The notes below the pieces were generated by a model that had not been told where the DNA came from, searched no databases, and was given only the letters and a program-made list of their open reading frames with translations. From a virus: DNA of 64,000 nt. Shown here piece by piece: positions 8,301-17,489 of the stretch (positions are counted from its first letter, which is position 1; the number at the start of each line of letters is the position of its first letter). The DNA is taken from positions 2,502-66,501 of the IMG/VR virus record IMGVR_UViG_3300032334_001488; one strand, 5' to 3'. Both the position numbers and the translations under genes were made by a program.

Positions 8301-10166
8301 TTAGTGGGTCTGATCCCAGGACCAGCCTACTTTACAGTCGCCTTCAATCTCACAACGGAATGTAAAGAATTGTTGCGCTTGCGGGAAGGCAAGCAAGGCC
8401 TGTTCTCTAACAATTGCAGTGTTTGTCTTAGGACAAGACAACTGAATCTCATCATGAATCATGGCATGTTGAATCCAATCTTTACCATGCACTAAGCCTT
8501 TAGCTTCAAGATTGGTATGTGTATTAATTACAACTTGCTTCATAAGCATGGCACCTGCCCCTTGAAGCAACACATTCAATGCACTAAAGTCTGACCGACA
8601 AAACAATGCACGTCCATCTAATCCACGTAGGTACCCACGTTGTTGTACAGCGCTTGCTAACTTTTGTTTTAATTTTTTAAGCGCTGGCACACCATCCATA
8701 AAACCATTGATTGCATTACGTCCCAATTGTTTTAAACGCACAGGATCTTTTTCGCTTGGATCTACAATGCCACCAGCTTTTTCATTACCACAGCCATAGA
8801 GCATTGCATATATTAAACGCTTGGCAATGTCTCTAGTAGGCACACCAAACTTATCTTGGTTGTACACATGAATGTCAACTGATTCATCTGTCACAAGGTT
8901 GGCATATTCACCGTCATCCCATAGGGCAAGATACCCACCAAGACAACGCAACTCCAATGCTTTGGCATCTACACCTAACAAATCCCAGTCATCTGGCGCA
9001 TGAAATAAACTCCTGCATTCTTTACCGTACGGGCTATAAGATGCTGGCACTTGCCCCATGTTTGGATTACGATGTGCGCAACGTCCGGTAATACAACCAT
9101 TAGTTACAACTTCACCATGCATACATGAGTCTTGATTGTTTACATATTTAAGCCAAGCTTTGTCTCCATCAGCAATTTGCCCTAGTCTTTTCTTAATAGT
9201 TAAGTATTCACCCAACACCTTGGCCTCAGGATAATCCAATGCACTTAACACTTCATCGTCAAGGATTGGATTACCTTTATCCGTCAGCTCCTCTGGTACC
9301 CACCCATATTTACTTTTAAGCCTGTTAACAATTTGAGGGCGGGAACCAGGATTAAATTTCTGATATGTCACTTTAGTAAATGGCTCACCTTTAATGTAAC
9401 CACGAGTCTTGTTGTTTACCTTTGGTACAAATATTGACTCTTGTTTAATGGGCGGAAATACTTCCATTACTTTTGCATGGAGTTCATCTTTCTTTGCTCT
9501 GAGTACATCCACCAGATCAAGACATACATCCACATCAAAAGGAAAACCTGCTCGCACTTGTTTATTAATTGCAAGAGCAAAGTCATGCTCCAACTTAAGC
9601 GCCGCTTCCGCATAATTTTGTTTCTGAATGAATTGGAATAATTCAAAAGTAACTTTAACATCTTGCTCGCAGTACGCCAGCATTTCCTCGGAGTACGCAC
9701 TAAAATCTTTGAACTCAATCTTGTAATTGGAAAGGCGGTAACCCCACGCTTTAAGGCCGGCCCTACCCTTGAGGTTCTTTGGTACGTCCGGATATTGTTC
9801 TGTGTCAAGGTCATAGAGAACTTCTTTTGGCCAAATGAGTTGTGTACAAATGAGTGTGTCAATAATTCTTCCCCGAAACTTTGCGGTATCGGGGAAAAGT
9901 TTTTGAAGAACTGGGATGTCATAGAACAGAATATTCTGCCCTATAAGGACATCACTGCTAGCAAGATGATTAATAGCAGCCAGAATAGAATCGGGTCCAT
10001 AGTGATGTACTTGTTTTGTTTGAATATTGTATATGACAATGCAATGGATAACCGTTACATTGTCATACAATCCATCTGACTCTAAATCAAATACCAGCCA
10101 AGTCTCATTTTCTAAAACGGGACTCATCTTGAATTGAGAGGTCTTGACTGGCGAGAGCGGGATCAT
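8301..10166 (-). CDS. DNA polymerase family A (T7 gp5-like) with 3'-5' exonuclease
   Basis: ExoI FDLESDG, ExoIII YCEQD, motif A DAKALELR, motif B RDIAKRLIYAMLYG (Tyr at the 762-equivalent), motif C HDEIQ. Confidence 0.97.
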   Translation of the reverse strand: MIPLSPVKTSQFKMSPVLENETWLVFDLESDGLYDNVTVIHCIVIYNIQTKQVHHYGPDSILAAINHLASSDVLIGQNILFYDIPVLQKLFPDTAKFRGRIIDTLICTQLIWPKEVLYDLDTEQYPDVPKNLKGRAGLKAWGYRLSNYKIEFKDFSAYSEEMLAYCEQDVKVTFELFQFIQKQNYAEAALKLEHDFALAINKQVRAGFPFDVDVCLDLVDVLRAKKDELHAKVMEVFPPIKQESIFVPKVNNKTRGYIKGEPFTKVTYQKFNPGSRPQIVNRLKSKYGWVPEELTDKGNPILDDEVLSALDYPEAKVLGEYLTIKKRLGQIADGDKAWLKYVNNQDSCMHGEVVTNGCITGRCAHRNPNMGQVPASYSPYGKECRSLFHAPDDWDLLGVDAKALELRCLGGYLALWDDGEYANLVTDESVDIHVYNQDKFGVPTRDIAKRLIYAMLYGCGNEKAGGIVDPSEKDPVRLKQLGRNAINGFMDGVPALKKLKQKLASAVQQRGYLRGLDGRALFCRSDFSALNVLLQGAGAMLMKQVVINTHTNLEAKGLVHGKDWIQHAMIHDEIQLSCPKTNTAIVREQALLAFPQAQQFFTFRCEIEGDCKVGWSWDQTH

Positions 10167-10338
10167 TCTTATTAATCCAAGTTAAGATTTGTTGCGCACC
10201 TGCGCGATGCGGGTGGGAAAAAATCTTGTTCAAAGCTACATCAGAGTCTAACGGAACCAGCTTGAAAGAGTTGCTTTGAGTACAAGCAGTAATGGCGGAT
10301 GGTTGATCCGTGTTCATTGAAACAATGACGTAGCTCAT
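10105..10338 (-). CDS. Hypothetical protein
   Basis: ORF between the GP88-like gene and the polymerase. Confidence 0.55.
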   Translation of the reverse strand: MSYVIVSMNTDQPSAITACTQSNSFKLVPLDSDVALNKIFSHPHRAGAQQILTWINKNDPALASQDLSIQDESRFRK

Positions 10339-10380
10339 GGATGTAAAAGAAGTCGGGCTAATGTTAACACGCCTGCAATT

Positions 10381-11190
10381 TCACGCACGAACTTTTTTGG
10401 TCTTGTTGTACCCAGTAAACTTACCCTGTTTGCGCCGAGCATTGATAGCAGCTTGCGCATCTGAACCAGCACGTTGTGGACTATGGACCAACAATGCAAA
10501 GGGCTTGTCACCAAAGCAGTGACTGTCATCATGGTCAATCTCAAGCCCTAGTTCTGCTGCTTCTTCTTCTGTGTACACAACATAAGCAACACGCTTAAAC
10601 ACATTGGGATTGCGTAAAATCATACGGTCAAGCATGCCGCCGATTGATGCAGTCAACATAAAGTTTGCTGGTATCTTTTCGTGTATAGCTAGCCAATCAT
10701 TAAGCATCTTGGTGTACGCATAGAACTTAATAGCAGGATACCTGGTAGCAACACGTGCCCATGCTTCCATGTAAGCACGTGCCCAGAAGTCACCACTCTC
10801 ATGGATGCGACAAATCTCAAGTGCTGGTTGTACTAGTAGTGACAACTCAATCAGTCCTGCAATCAACTCAACCTGCTGTTCATAACTCTTGCCTTGTAAC
10901 TCCCTGTAACTACCGTGGTCACCGCCATACATTGTCTCACGTAACAGATCCCAGTTGTGCCAGCGTGCATCACGTACGTTTGGAAACATGGCTTCTGACA
11001 TGGCAGCAAAACATCTGTAGTCTTGCGTCAGATCAATAGGTTGTTGCGGTAGATCCATCAACCTACCTGTGGTGCGATCAGCCATTGCTTTACATACTCC
11101 TGCATTAGGGCATGTGTAACCTGCTGGCAAGCTAAAGATCAAACGCTTACCAAGCTTGGCGTTGCCTGTGGAAAATTTAAGAAGTTGCAT
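10381..11190 (-). CDS. GP88-like protein (Cys-rich, radical-SAM-like fold suspected)
   Basis: GNAKLG...FSLPAG.TCP.A..C...CFA...RIHESGDF...FYAYTK. Confidence 0.7.
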   Translation of the reverse strand: MQLLKFSTGNAKLGKRLIFSLPAGYTCPNAGVCKAMADRTTGRLMDLPQQPIDLTQDYRCFAAMSEAMFPNVRDARWHNWDLLRETMYGGDHGSYRELQGKSYEQQVELIAGLIELSLLVQPALEICRIHESGDFWARAYMEAWARVATRYPAIKFYAYTKMLNDWLAIHEKIPANFMLTASIGGMLDRMILRNPNVFKRVAYVVYTEEEAAELGLEIDHDDSHCFGDKPFALLVHSPQRAGSDAQAAINARRKQGKFTGYNKTKKVRA

Positions 11191-11224
11191 GGTGTTGAAT
11201 GAAATGAATGATAATAAAAACTAA

Positions 11225-11252
11225 TGAGCAGTTTAACGTCATGCTTAGGACG
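11225..11252 (-). ncRNA. PK1 pseudoknot repeat, copy D
   Basis: CGUC-CUA-AGCA-U-GACG-UUAAAC-UGCU. Confidence 0.75.
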
Positions 11253-11257
11253 TACAG

Positions 11258-11563
11258 CTAATCTACGTTAATAAGTTCAACGGATTCTCTGAATTGTTCA
11301 CGGCTTAGCCGTGCAAGAATAGCACCTCCTGTAGCTGGTACCTGGGTAGGACCATCATGAATTAAGATTTCCCATACCATGTCATCGGTATCCATCCAAT
11401 TCTTACCAGCTTTAACTGCAAGTTTGATTGCATGCTCAGTTGATTTCCTTGGAAGTTCAACACGAATAATCATAAATGGATCATCTTCATTGTCTTGAGT
11501 GAATGCAGCTAACCAAAACTTTTTAGTTTTGATTGCTGGTGGCGCAGCAAATCCTTTAGTCAT
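11258..11563 (-). CDS. Hypothetical protein
   Basis: MTKGF start, coupled to the thyX stop. Confidence 0.6.
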   Translation of the reverse strand: MTKGFAAPPAIKTKKFWLAAFTQDNEDDPFMIIRVELPRKSTEHAIKLAVKAGKNWMDTDDMVWEILIHDGPTQVPATGGAILARLSREQFRESVELINVD

Positions 11564-12186
11564 TTAAATGCAGCCTCACCAATAACAGGGAATTGTTCAA
11601 TGAAGATTTGTTTGCAGCCTTCTGCAATCAACCGATGCTCTAGCTGTGTTTCTTTTGATGCACGTACATTGATATAGTGAATCCACGACCGGATCGAGCC
11701 GTTCATATACAAAGTAGTTTGTGTACTAAGTGGAAGAATGCGACGTGCACATTCTTTAGCTACACCATCTGCAATCATTTGCATATAAAGCTCTTCAATG
11801 TCCGCATACTGATTACGAATCTGTTCATCATAATATTCTTGTATATTAAAATCCAAATCATTTGTACTGTTTTGCCTATTCTTTAGATCCTGCCTACGCA
11901 GATTTGGAATAGCAAATGGCTGCGCTTTTGCATACCTGGTACTAAACTCTTGAAAACTAAATGAACGATGGCGTAAGATCTGTGCGGAAATGTCACGTTC
12001 TGTGTGTATTTGCACACAAAGATTGGCCATTTCAAATATAGAAAAATGTTTATGATCTAAACAATACTTAAGAAGTTTGGGCCCTGTTTCCCAATTATCC
12101 TGATTAGAAGGATTGGAAACCCGAGCCATTTTGACAACTAGTTTTTCAGCTTCTGGTGTAGCCCAGACAAATTCAACGTTACTCAT
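11560..12186 (-). CDS. thyX: FAD-dependent thymidylate synthase ThyX
   Basis: RHRSFSFQEFSTRY signature; ARVS, H.SIFE, E.AR.ILP, GSIRSWIHY, TQ.EHR. Confidence 0.97.
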   Translation of the reverse strand: MSNVEFVWATPEAEKLVVKMARVSNPSNQDNWETGPKLLKYCLDHKHFSIFEMANLCVQIHTERDISAQILRHRSFSFQEFSTRYAKAQPFAIPNLRRQDLKNRQNSTNDLDFNIQEYYDEQIRNQYADIEELYMQMIADGVAKECARRILPLSTQTTLYMNGSIRSWIHYINVRASKETQLEHRLIAEGCKQIFIEQFPVIGEAAFK

Positions 12187-12620
12187 TTTAGTAAATAGTT
12201 AACAGCTTTTTGAATAAGAACTGGATCATCATTAAATTTTCCAATTGATTGGTTGCACCTTCTACATAAAAGCCCTCGTATTTTACCAGTAATGTGGCAG
12301 TGGTCAACCGCTAAGCGTTTACCGCTACTACACGTATTGTTACAAATAACGCACACATTATTTTGAGCCACAAGCATTTGATCATAGTCTTCAATAGTTA
12401 ACCCAAATGTTTTTAAATTTGCTTTGCGTTTATAAACCGGTTTATACGGATTATTATTTGTATACCCTCTATATTTTTCTGGATTTTTTTTATAATTTAT
12501 TCTAAAAGTTTCAGCGTAACATGTTTTACAAATTGTTCTAGGTTTAGGATTTGTTTTACCTGTTTTGTAAAACTCAGACTCAAGTTTTAATTCTTTACAT
12601 TTTGTACATTCTTTTGTCAT
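12183..12620 (-). CDS. Endonuclease VII-family (homing) endonuclease
   Basis: N-terminal Zn ribbon CTKC...CKTC; Q..VC.IC...LAVDHCH.TGKIRGLLC..CN..IG; GGAG RBS before ATG 12620. Confidence 0.9.
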   Translation of the reverse strand: MTKECTKCKELKLESEFYKTGKTNPKPRTICKTCYAETFRINYKKNPEKYRGYTNNNPYKPVYKRKANLKTFGLTIEDYDQMLVAQNNVCVICNNTCSSGKRLAVDHCHITGKIRGLLCRRCNQSIGKFNDDPVLIQKAVNYLLK

Positions 12621-12805
12621 GATAGTGCTCCATAAATAACAAGCCACTTTACAGCAAACGGCGACCAATGCTGATGATCAATAAGATACCGCAATAGTTT
12701 TGGTGCAGTTGCCAAGTTGTTTTCATTGTCAGGATTGGATACCCTGGCCATCTTTACAATCAAAGCTTCTGCGTTGGGAGTGCAGTGAACAAATTCAACA
12801 GTCAT
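12617..12805 (-). pseudogene. thyX: Truncated 5' fragment of a second thyX allele
   Basis: MTVEFVHCTPNAEALIVKMARVSNPDN..N.ATAPKLLRYLIDHQHWSPF aligns with the first ~50 aa of the intact ThyX, then diverges and stops. Confidence 0.85.
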
Positions 12806-12836
12806 GATTTAATAGTTGTGTGTTTATGTAATTAAA

Positions 12837-13073
12837 TTAATTAACTTTGTTTGTTGCAGTAGCAGCATGTACTTCTGCAACAAACTCAACAAGAAGTTGT
12901 TCTACAAAATCTTCTTGATGTAGTTTTTGTTTGGCAGCAATACTTACTAGTGCCCAATGAGTATCATCATCTACTTCAATATGATAAGTACGTCTTTCTT
13001 TGGTAGATTCTACAGGTGTAGACTTAGAAAAAGTAAGTAATTCTTGACTTGTAAGATCAAATAAATTAGTCAT
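12837..13073 (-). CDS. Ribbon-helix-helix-like small protein
   Basis: RTYHIEVDDDTHWALVSIAA...EDFVEQLL pattern. Confidence 0.5.
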   Translation of the reverse strand: MTNLFDLTSQELLTFSKSTPVESTKERRTYHIEVDDDTHWALVSIAAKQKLHQEDFVEQLLVEFVAEVHAATATNKVN

Positions 13074-13378
13074 GGGTTGATTTCTCCAAGGGAAGTGCGG
13101 TAGTCTGCAACAATTGAATCTACATCTGCTATGTGACAGATGCGTGACTGGGCATGTTCACTTGCTGATTGCAAATGATCCCATTTAACAAGCACATACT
13201 TTGTTACTTGTTTGCTGGAGTTTACCTTGGCAGTAAGCCCAGTCACTATACCATAACGCTGTTGGTTGTTGGCTGCTGCCGTCTGCCTTGCCTTGGTACT
13301 AAGACCAGAAAAAATCATGTTCTTAGGACGCTCGGCAACACGGTCACCAACTTGAAACACTGTTTTGTTTCGAGTCAT
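13070..13378 (-). CDS. Hypothetical SH3-like protein
   Basis: FQVGDRV...GIV...YVLVKWD. Confidence 0.55.
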   Translation of the reverse strand: MTRNKTVFQVGDRVAERPKNMIFSGLSTKARQTAAANNQQRYGIVTGLTAKVNSSKQVTKYVLVKWDHLQSASEHAQSRICHIADVDSIVADYRTSLGEINP

Positions 13379-13707
13379 TTAATGTTCTTGTAAGTTTTGT
13401 AGTTGACAATTTTGCAGATAGTACTGCGGTGCATCTTAAGCCTTAAAGCAATCTGTCCATTGCTATAACCTTGTTGATGCAGATGCCTAACCGTTTGCAC
13501 TTGAATTGAATTTAGTTTTGCATTTGGATTTTTATCTCCACGCAAAACATGTGGATCAATTGGAATTGGTTTGGCAACTGCATAGCGTTCAATGGTTCGG
13601 TACTTGGTACCACAATCAAGACACCTACAGAATCGTTTGGTTAACTCATCTGTGTGTTCTGTGCAGGTAACACGGGTGTTGACACTGGCGCATGCGCGAC
13701 ACTTCAT
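13375..13707 (-). CDS. NrdR-like Zn ribbon fused to HTH
   Basis: MKCRAC...TRV...RFCRCLDCG.KYRTIE followed by G..NPNAKL...IA..L...RSTI..I. Confidence 0.7.
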   Translation of the reverse strand: MKCRACASVNTRVTCTEHTDELTKRFCRCLDCGTKYRTIERYAVAKPIPIDPHVLRGDKNPNAKLNSIQVQTVRHLHQQGYSNGQIALRLKMHRSTICKIVNYKTYKNIK

Positions 13708-14042
13708 TCCATTGCCTCCTCTGACTCAAGGTCAACATCAACATCATCTTTGGATACAATCAAGTCAAGGTAATAACACGTTTGTGTAGTACCAAGAATT
13801 TGAAATGCATCCAAGATTAAAGTAAGATGACGTTCGGTTGAGTCATAGTATTCAGTAAGAAACTTTTCAGCTTGATCATAATCATCACGTGTGCCAGTCA
13901 GCTTTTGCATAATGTCTGCTGGCATCTCATCAATAATTTTTTCGATTAAATACTCACGCACTGCAGGCCATGCGTGATGGATTGTAATCACATCAACAAT
14001 TTGATTGGCAAGATCAACGTCAACAGAATTGAGTTTAGGCAT
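13704..14042 (-). CDS. Hypothetical protein
   Basis: Coupled ORF with an acidic C-terminus. Confidence 0.6.
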   Translation of the reverse strand: MPKLNSVDVDLANQIVDVITIHHAWPAVREYLIEKIIDEMPADIMQKLTGTRDDYDQAEKFLTEYYDSTERHLTLILDAFQILGTTQTCYYLDLIVSKDDVDVDLESEEAME

Positions 14043-14056
14043 GGTTGTGTTGATAG

Positions 14057-14080
14057 AAAAAACCCCCGCTTGCGCAGGGG
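14057..14080 (-). terminator. Intrinsic terminator
   Basis: Minus strand CCCCUGC-GCAA-GCGGGGG-UUUUUU. Confidence 0.7.
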
Positions 14081-14100
14081 CCGAACATTCCGTAGCCAGC

Positions 14101-14463
14101 TTACACGGCTTGAGCTTCTGTGTCTAGTGTCGGCGCAGCAACCCCAGCTTTTGTTAACTTATCTAACATCTGGCACATGACAGTTGCATGCTGGTGCGTC
14201 TGCTCCATGAAGTGAGCAGCACGCTCTGCACTGATGCGATGCACGGTACCACTGGGATCCCTGTATGCCCAGCTTCCATCAGGCTGTGGATCCCCCTGGA
14301 GAGCAAGACGTTCTGAATTGTGTACATACCTAAGCTCAAGGTTATGAAAATCCTTGAGTCCATCAGATGATGTCCAGGTAGCACCAAGGTTGTAACGCTG
14401 CTCTTCATCACTGAATGCATGGACTTCAGGGATAAGATGCTGGAAACAAGCAAAGATGTTCAT
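14101..14463 (-). CDS. Hypothetical protein
   Basis: Protein-like ORF. Confidence 0.6.
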   Translation of the reverse strand: MNIFACFQHLIPEVHAFSDEEQRYNLGATWTSSDGLKDFHNLELRYVHNSERLALQGDPQPDGSWAYRDPSGTVHRISAERAAHFMEQTHQHATVMCQMLDKLTKAGVAAPTLDTEAQAV

Positions 14464-14484
14464 GAGTTGAATGTAAAGATGTTG

Positions 14485-14709
14485 TTAGCTTGGACTTACA
14501 TCAATAGATGTTGAACGCCAAGTGTGATCATGAGGCAAAGGCTCGGTACCGTAATCCCATGTATCAAAGTCATCCTCATTGCGAGGATCATTGTTCTCAA
14601 ACAATATGTATTGAGGTTGACCATGTTCTGTGATGTACGCACCAAGGTTTTGCAATGCTTGTTGAAGCAGTGCTTCTTCTTCTGGTGTTATGTCACGATG
14701 TTCAGTCAT
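14485..14709 (-). CDS. Hypothetical acidic protein
   Basis: Ends with a WDYGTEPLP motif. Confidence 0.55.
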   Translation of the reverse strand: MTEHRDITPEEEALLQQALQNLGAYITEHGQPQYILFENNDPRNEDDFDTWDYGTEPLPHDHTWRSTSIDVSPS

Positions 14710-14767
14710 GGTAAAGGGCTGGGCTTACATAGGTTGATCCTAATGCCAGCGGCTGTGGGGGCCGACC

Positions 14768-16501
14768 CTATGCTACAGCATTACGTAACGCCAGTGCTTG
14801 CTTGAATACTTTTGCGTAGTCTGATTCTTCTTGACTTGTCAATGCCTTATTGCTAATACCTTTGATTTGTTTAACGGCTAACATGCCTTGATTAAGTGAT
14901 AGTTGAATTGTAAACAAAGGCTTGCCTTCAATCATACATAGTACAATAAACTCTTTACGTTTCTTAACAGCTTCTGCATATTGGTTGTGACTACCAACGC
15001 AATTACGTACGGCTTGACCCCAGCTTGCAAGCTGATGGGTATCTGATGGCTGAAAGAATGTCCACTTTTGATCAAGGTATTCAACCTTGATTGGAGTAGG
15101 AAATAAATCCTGGGGCAAATCTACTTTATTATTTTTAACCTTCCATGATTCAGCTTGCACATAATCATGGAACTCAGTAAGACGCCAACGCTTAGGTGGA
15201 TCAATAGTTTTATTTGCATTAAAGATAGTACTAAGCATTCCAAATGTATCTGCTAATTGATAACACAAGAGTGTATCTTTTTCGCCATACCTATGACCAA
15301 TATGTGGCTCATAGTTTTCTTTGTAATACTTATCAAGAATTAAAACAATTGAAGATACTGGCATGTGTTTTCTTAACCAATTACGTACAGGTATATAAGA
15401 TTGATTATCTATGACATAAGTCATTCTCCAATTGCTGTAATCTAAACAACTTAATGCTTCTTTATATGTTTGATAATAATCAATAGGTGTATTAGGCCAA
15501 ACACTATGCAACCATTTAATGCCATACATATAATGAATAAATTTATTCATTGGATCTAAAGCTTTTGTGAATTTAGTAGTGGTTGGATCTTGAAATATTT
15601 GTATTACTTTATTGCATACAGCTTGCAATTCCTTTTGAATAAAAGGCTTGCTTAAGATATCAGCCGGAACACCAAGCCTGCGTTGAATATGTGGAGTTAG
15701 ATTTGCTGCAGTAGGTAACCAGTTAGGATCTAATACAATTTCTGTAAGACTTGGAAAATAAGCCACATAAACTCCAAACAAATAATGTAAATTGTTTCTT
15801 CTTTTGTCAACACGAGCAAACAAATTTGATTGATCTTTCCAAACAGGAATAGATTTTGAAAGTTGTTTATAAAAAGGATTGATGCAATTATCTTTTATGT
15901 ACTTACCTTTTTCTGTCCATGCTGGCACACTTAAAGGATTCCAATGATAAAGATTAACACAACGCGCTGTATCTAATGTTATTTTCTTTGTGTAAATATG
16001 ATACTCAACGCGTCCATATTTCTTTAACGTCATATCATCTAAACTAAAATCTAAATCTTGATCACCAAATCTAAAACCATCTAGCCCTTTGCGAGTAGCT
16101 TTAGTTGTAGAAATTGCATAACTAAAACCATACAAGTAACTTTCATCTGCATTAGGCAGCCATGCCGCAATCCATGTTGATTCATAGTAATAAAGAATTG
16201 CTTTTACTTCATTGCATGTATGCTGTGCAACTCCATTAATTATTTCTAAAACTTGTTTATAAAACACCCAATATTTACGTGGTGCAGTTTGTGAATTAAT
16301 ATGATCAACAGCTTGTTGCATTTCTGCCGCAGGAACAATATCAACAGGAATCAAATCATTAATATTACCAATAGGATATTTAGATTTCTTTTTAGTTGTT
16401 GCAGGTCCTTCTTCAATAGCTTTTTCTTTAGCTAATGCTTTCAATGCTGGATCATAAGCCAGCAGTTCATGATGCAGTTTTTCTGGGAGACGGAATTCCA
16501 T
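14768..16501 (-). CDS. PcfJ-like domain protein
   Basis: C-terminal EFHD...P.DT.QL..WG.AVRNCVG...Y...I.L.....P.FTI.L...VKQIKG..N. Confidence 0.75.
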   Translation of the reverse strand: MEFRLPEKLHHELLAYDPALKALAKEKAIEEGPATTKKKSKYPIGNINDLIPVDIVPAAEMQQAVDHINSQTAPRKYWVFYKQVLEIINGVAQHTCNEVKAILYYYESTWIAAWLPNADESYLYGFSYAISTTKATRKGLDGFRFGDQDLDFSLDDMTLKKYGRVEYHIYTKKITLDTARCVNLYHWNPLSVPAWTEKGKYIKDNCINPFYKQLSKSIPVWKDQSNLFARVDKRRNNLHYLFGVYVAYFPSLTEIVLDPNWLPTAANLTPHIQRRLGVPADILSKPFIQKELQAVCNKVIQIFQDPTTTKFTKALDPMNKFIHYMYGIKWLHSVWPNTPIDYYQTYKEALSCLDYSNWRMTYVIDNQSYIPVRNWLRKHMPVSSIVLILDKYYKENYEPHIGHRYGEKDTLLCYQLADTFGMLSTIFNANKTIDPPKRWRLTEFHDYVQAESWKVKNNKVDLPQDLFPTPIKVEYLDQKWTFFQPSDTHQLASWGQAVRNCVGSHNQYAEAVKKRKEFIVLCMIEGKPLFTIQLSLNQGMLAVKQIKGISNKALTSQEESDYAKVFKQALALRNAVA

Positions 16502-16526
16502 TTGTGTGTGATGTGGTTATGTGTGT

Positions 16527-16556
16527 TGAGCCAGTTTAATGTCTTAGCTCAGGACA
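16527..16556 (-). ncRNA. PK1 pseudoknot repeat, copy E
   Basis: UGUC-C-UGAGCUA-A-GACA-UUAAAC-UGGCUCA; both stems show compensatory changes. Confidence 0.8.
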
Positions 16557-16565
16557 ATCAAATAA

Positions 16566-16964
16566 TTATTTTTTATCGATCAATGCTTTGATTAAAGCAT
16601 TGACAACTTCAAGAGCCAATGCAGGATCTACATTTACTTCAACCTCTTCATCCTCATCTTCATCTTCATCAATGTAGTCATCTACCAGTTCATCATCTTC
16701 TGTTGATGGTTCCATGCCATACAACTCAGTAAGCATCTCGGCTACACGAATACGAACACGTGAGCTGGTTGGATAGTTAAGATCTTCCAGTTCATCTAGC
16801 ATATTTACATAAGCCCAGCGAAGAACGCTGCTAACAACTTTATGCTCAGCGTGTTTTTCCATGACATATACACTACCGCCTACTGCAACAGCATCGGTAT
16901 GTGCATCTTGGAACCAGGAGTTAATGACTTCAGTAGAAGGGAAAGACATTGAAATAAACCTCAA
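16566..16964 (-). CDS. Hypothetical acidic protein (start 16964 TTG or 16949 ATG)
   Basis: D/E-rich tract. Confidence 0.6.
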   Translation of the reverse strand: MRFISMSFPSTEVINSWFQDAHTDAVAVGGSVYVMEKHAEHKVVSSVLRWAYVNMLDELEDLNYPTSSRVRIRVAEMLTELYGMEPSTEDDELVDDYIDEDEDEDEEVEVNVDPALALEVVNALIKALIDKK

Positions 16965-16980
16965 GTAATGTGTGTGTTGT

Positions 16981-17010
16981 TGAGTCAGTTTAACGTCATG
17001 ACTCAGGACG
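16981..17010 (-). ncRNA. PK1 pseudoknot repeat, copy F
   Basis: CGUC-C-UGAGUCA-U-GACG-UUAAAC-UGACUCA. Confidence 0.8.
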
Positions 17011-17015
17011 CATGA

Positions 17016-17267
17016 TTAGCTTACCTGAACCCAGTTCAGATTGCAATCATTAATGTACGCAAGCAGCTCATCATCTCCAGCAGGGAGATCAGCTTCGTCA
17101 TCTGTAAGTAAAGAAGCCTTGCATAATGCAGGACAGTACTCAGCAGGGTCGTACATAGTCTGCTGATAAAGCAGCTGCATGTCATCAACCATTGCAAAGA
17201 TTGTGTATCCATCATGATCAGTTTGTACCTTGACAATCTCAAGTACATCCATCAGTAGATACCCCAC
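17016..17267 (-). CDS. Hypothetical protein
   Basis: QT.YDPAEY.PALC motif. Confidence 0.6.
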   Translation of the reverse strand: MGYLLMDVLEIVKVQTDHDGYTIFAMVDDMQLLYQQTMYDPAEYCPALCKASLLTDDEADLPAGDDELLAYINDCNLNWVQVS

Positions 17268-17470
17268 AGTGTGTTGGCAACTTTGCGTGTACCCTCATAG
17301 CCACCCTTGGCATTCATTGCCCGTGCATATGCACACTTAGCAGGACCTGGGTGCAGATAGTACAACTTAATCCAAGTCTGTAGTTCATCCTGCCACAGAC
17401 GCATGTATTCATCTTGAATCTTTGTAGTCTCAAGCCAAGCAGTCATAAGAGTTGCAGTGTGAATTGACAT
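17252..17470 (-). CDS. Hypothetical protein
   Basis: ATG 19 nt downstream of PK1 copy G. Confidence 0.55.
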   Translation of the reverse strand: MSIHTATLMTAWLETTKIQDEYMRLWQDELQTWIKLYYLHPGPAKCAYARAMNAKGGYEGTRKVANTLWGIY

Positions 17471-17489
17471 GTGAGTTGAGTAAGTGGAC

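Noticed and set aside
12183-12660. Group I intron or intein in thyX
   Set aside because: The downstream thyX is complete with its own N-terminus. There is no space or P/Q/R/S elements for an intron and no in-frame intein motifs.
16981-17010. PK1 as a pistol ribozyme or preQ1-I riboswitch
   Set aside because: It shares a P1-UAAA-pseudoknot look, but lacks the pistol P2/P3 catalytic core and the preQ1 loop consensus. No queuosine genes lie downstream.
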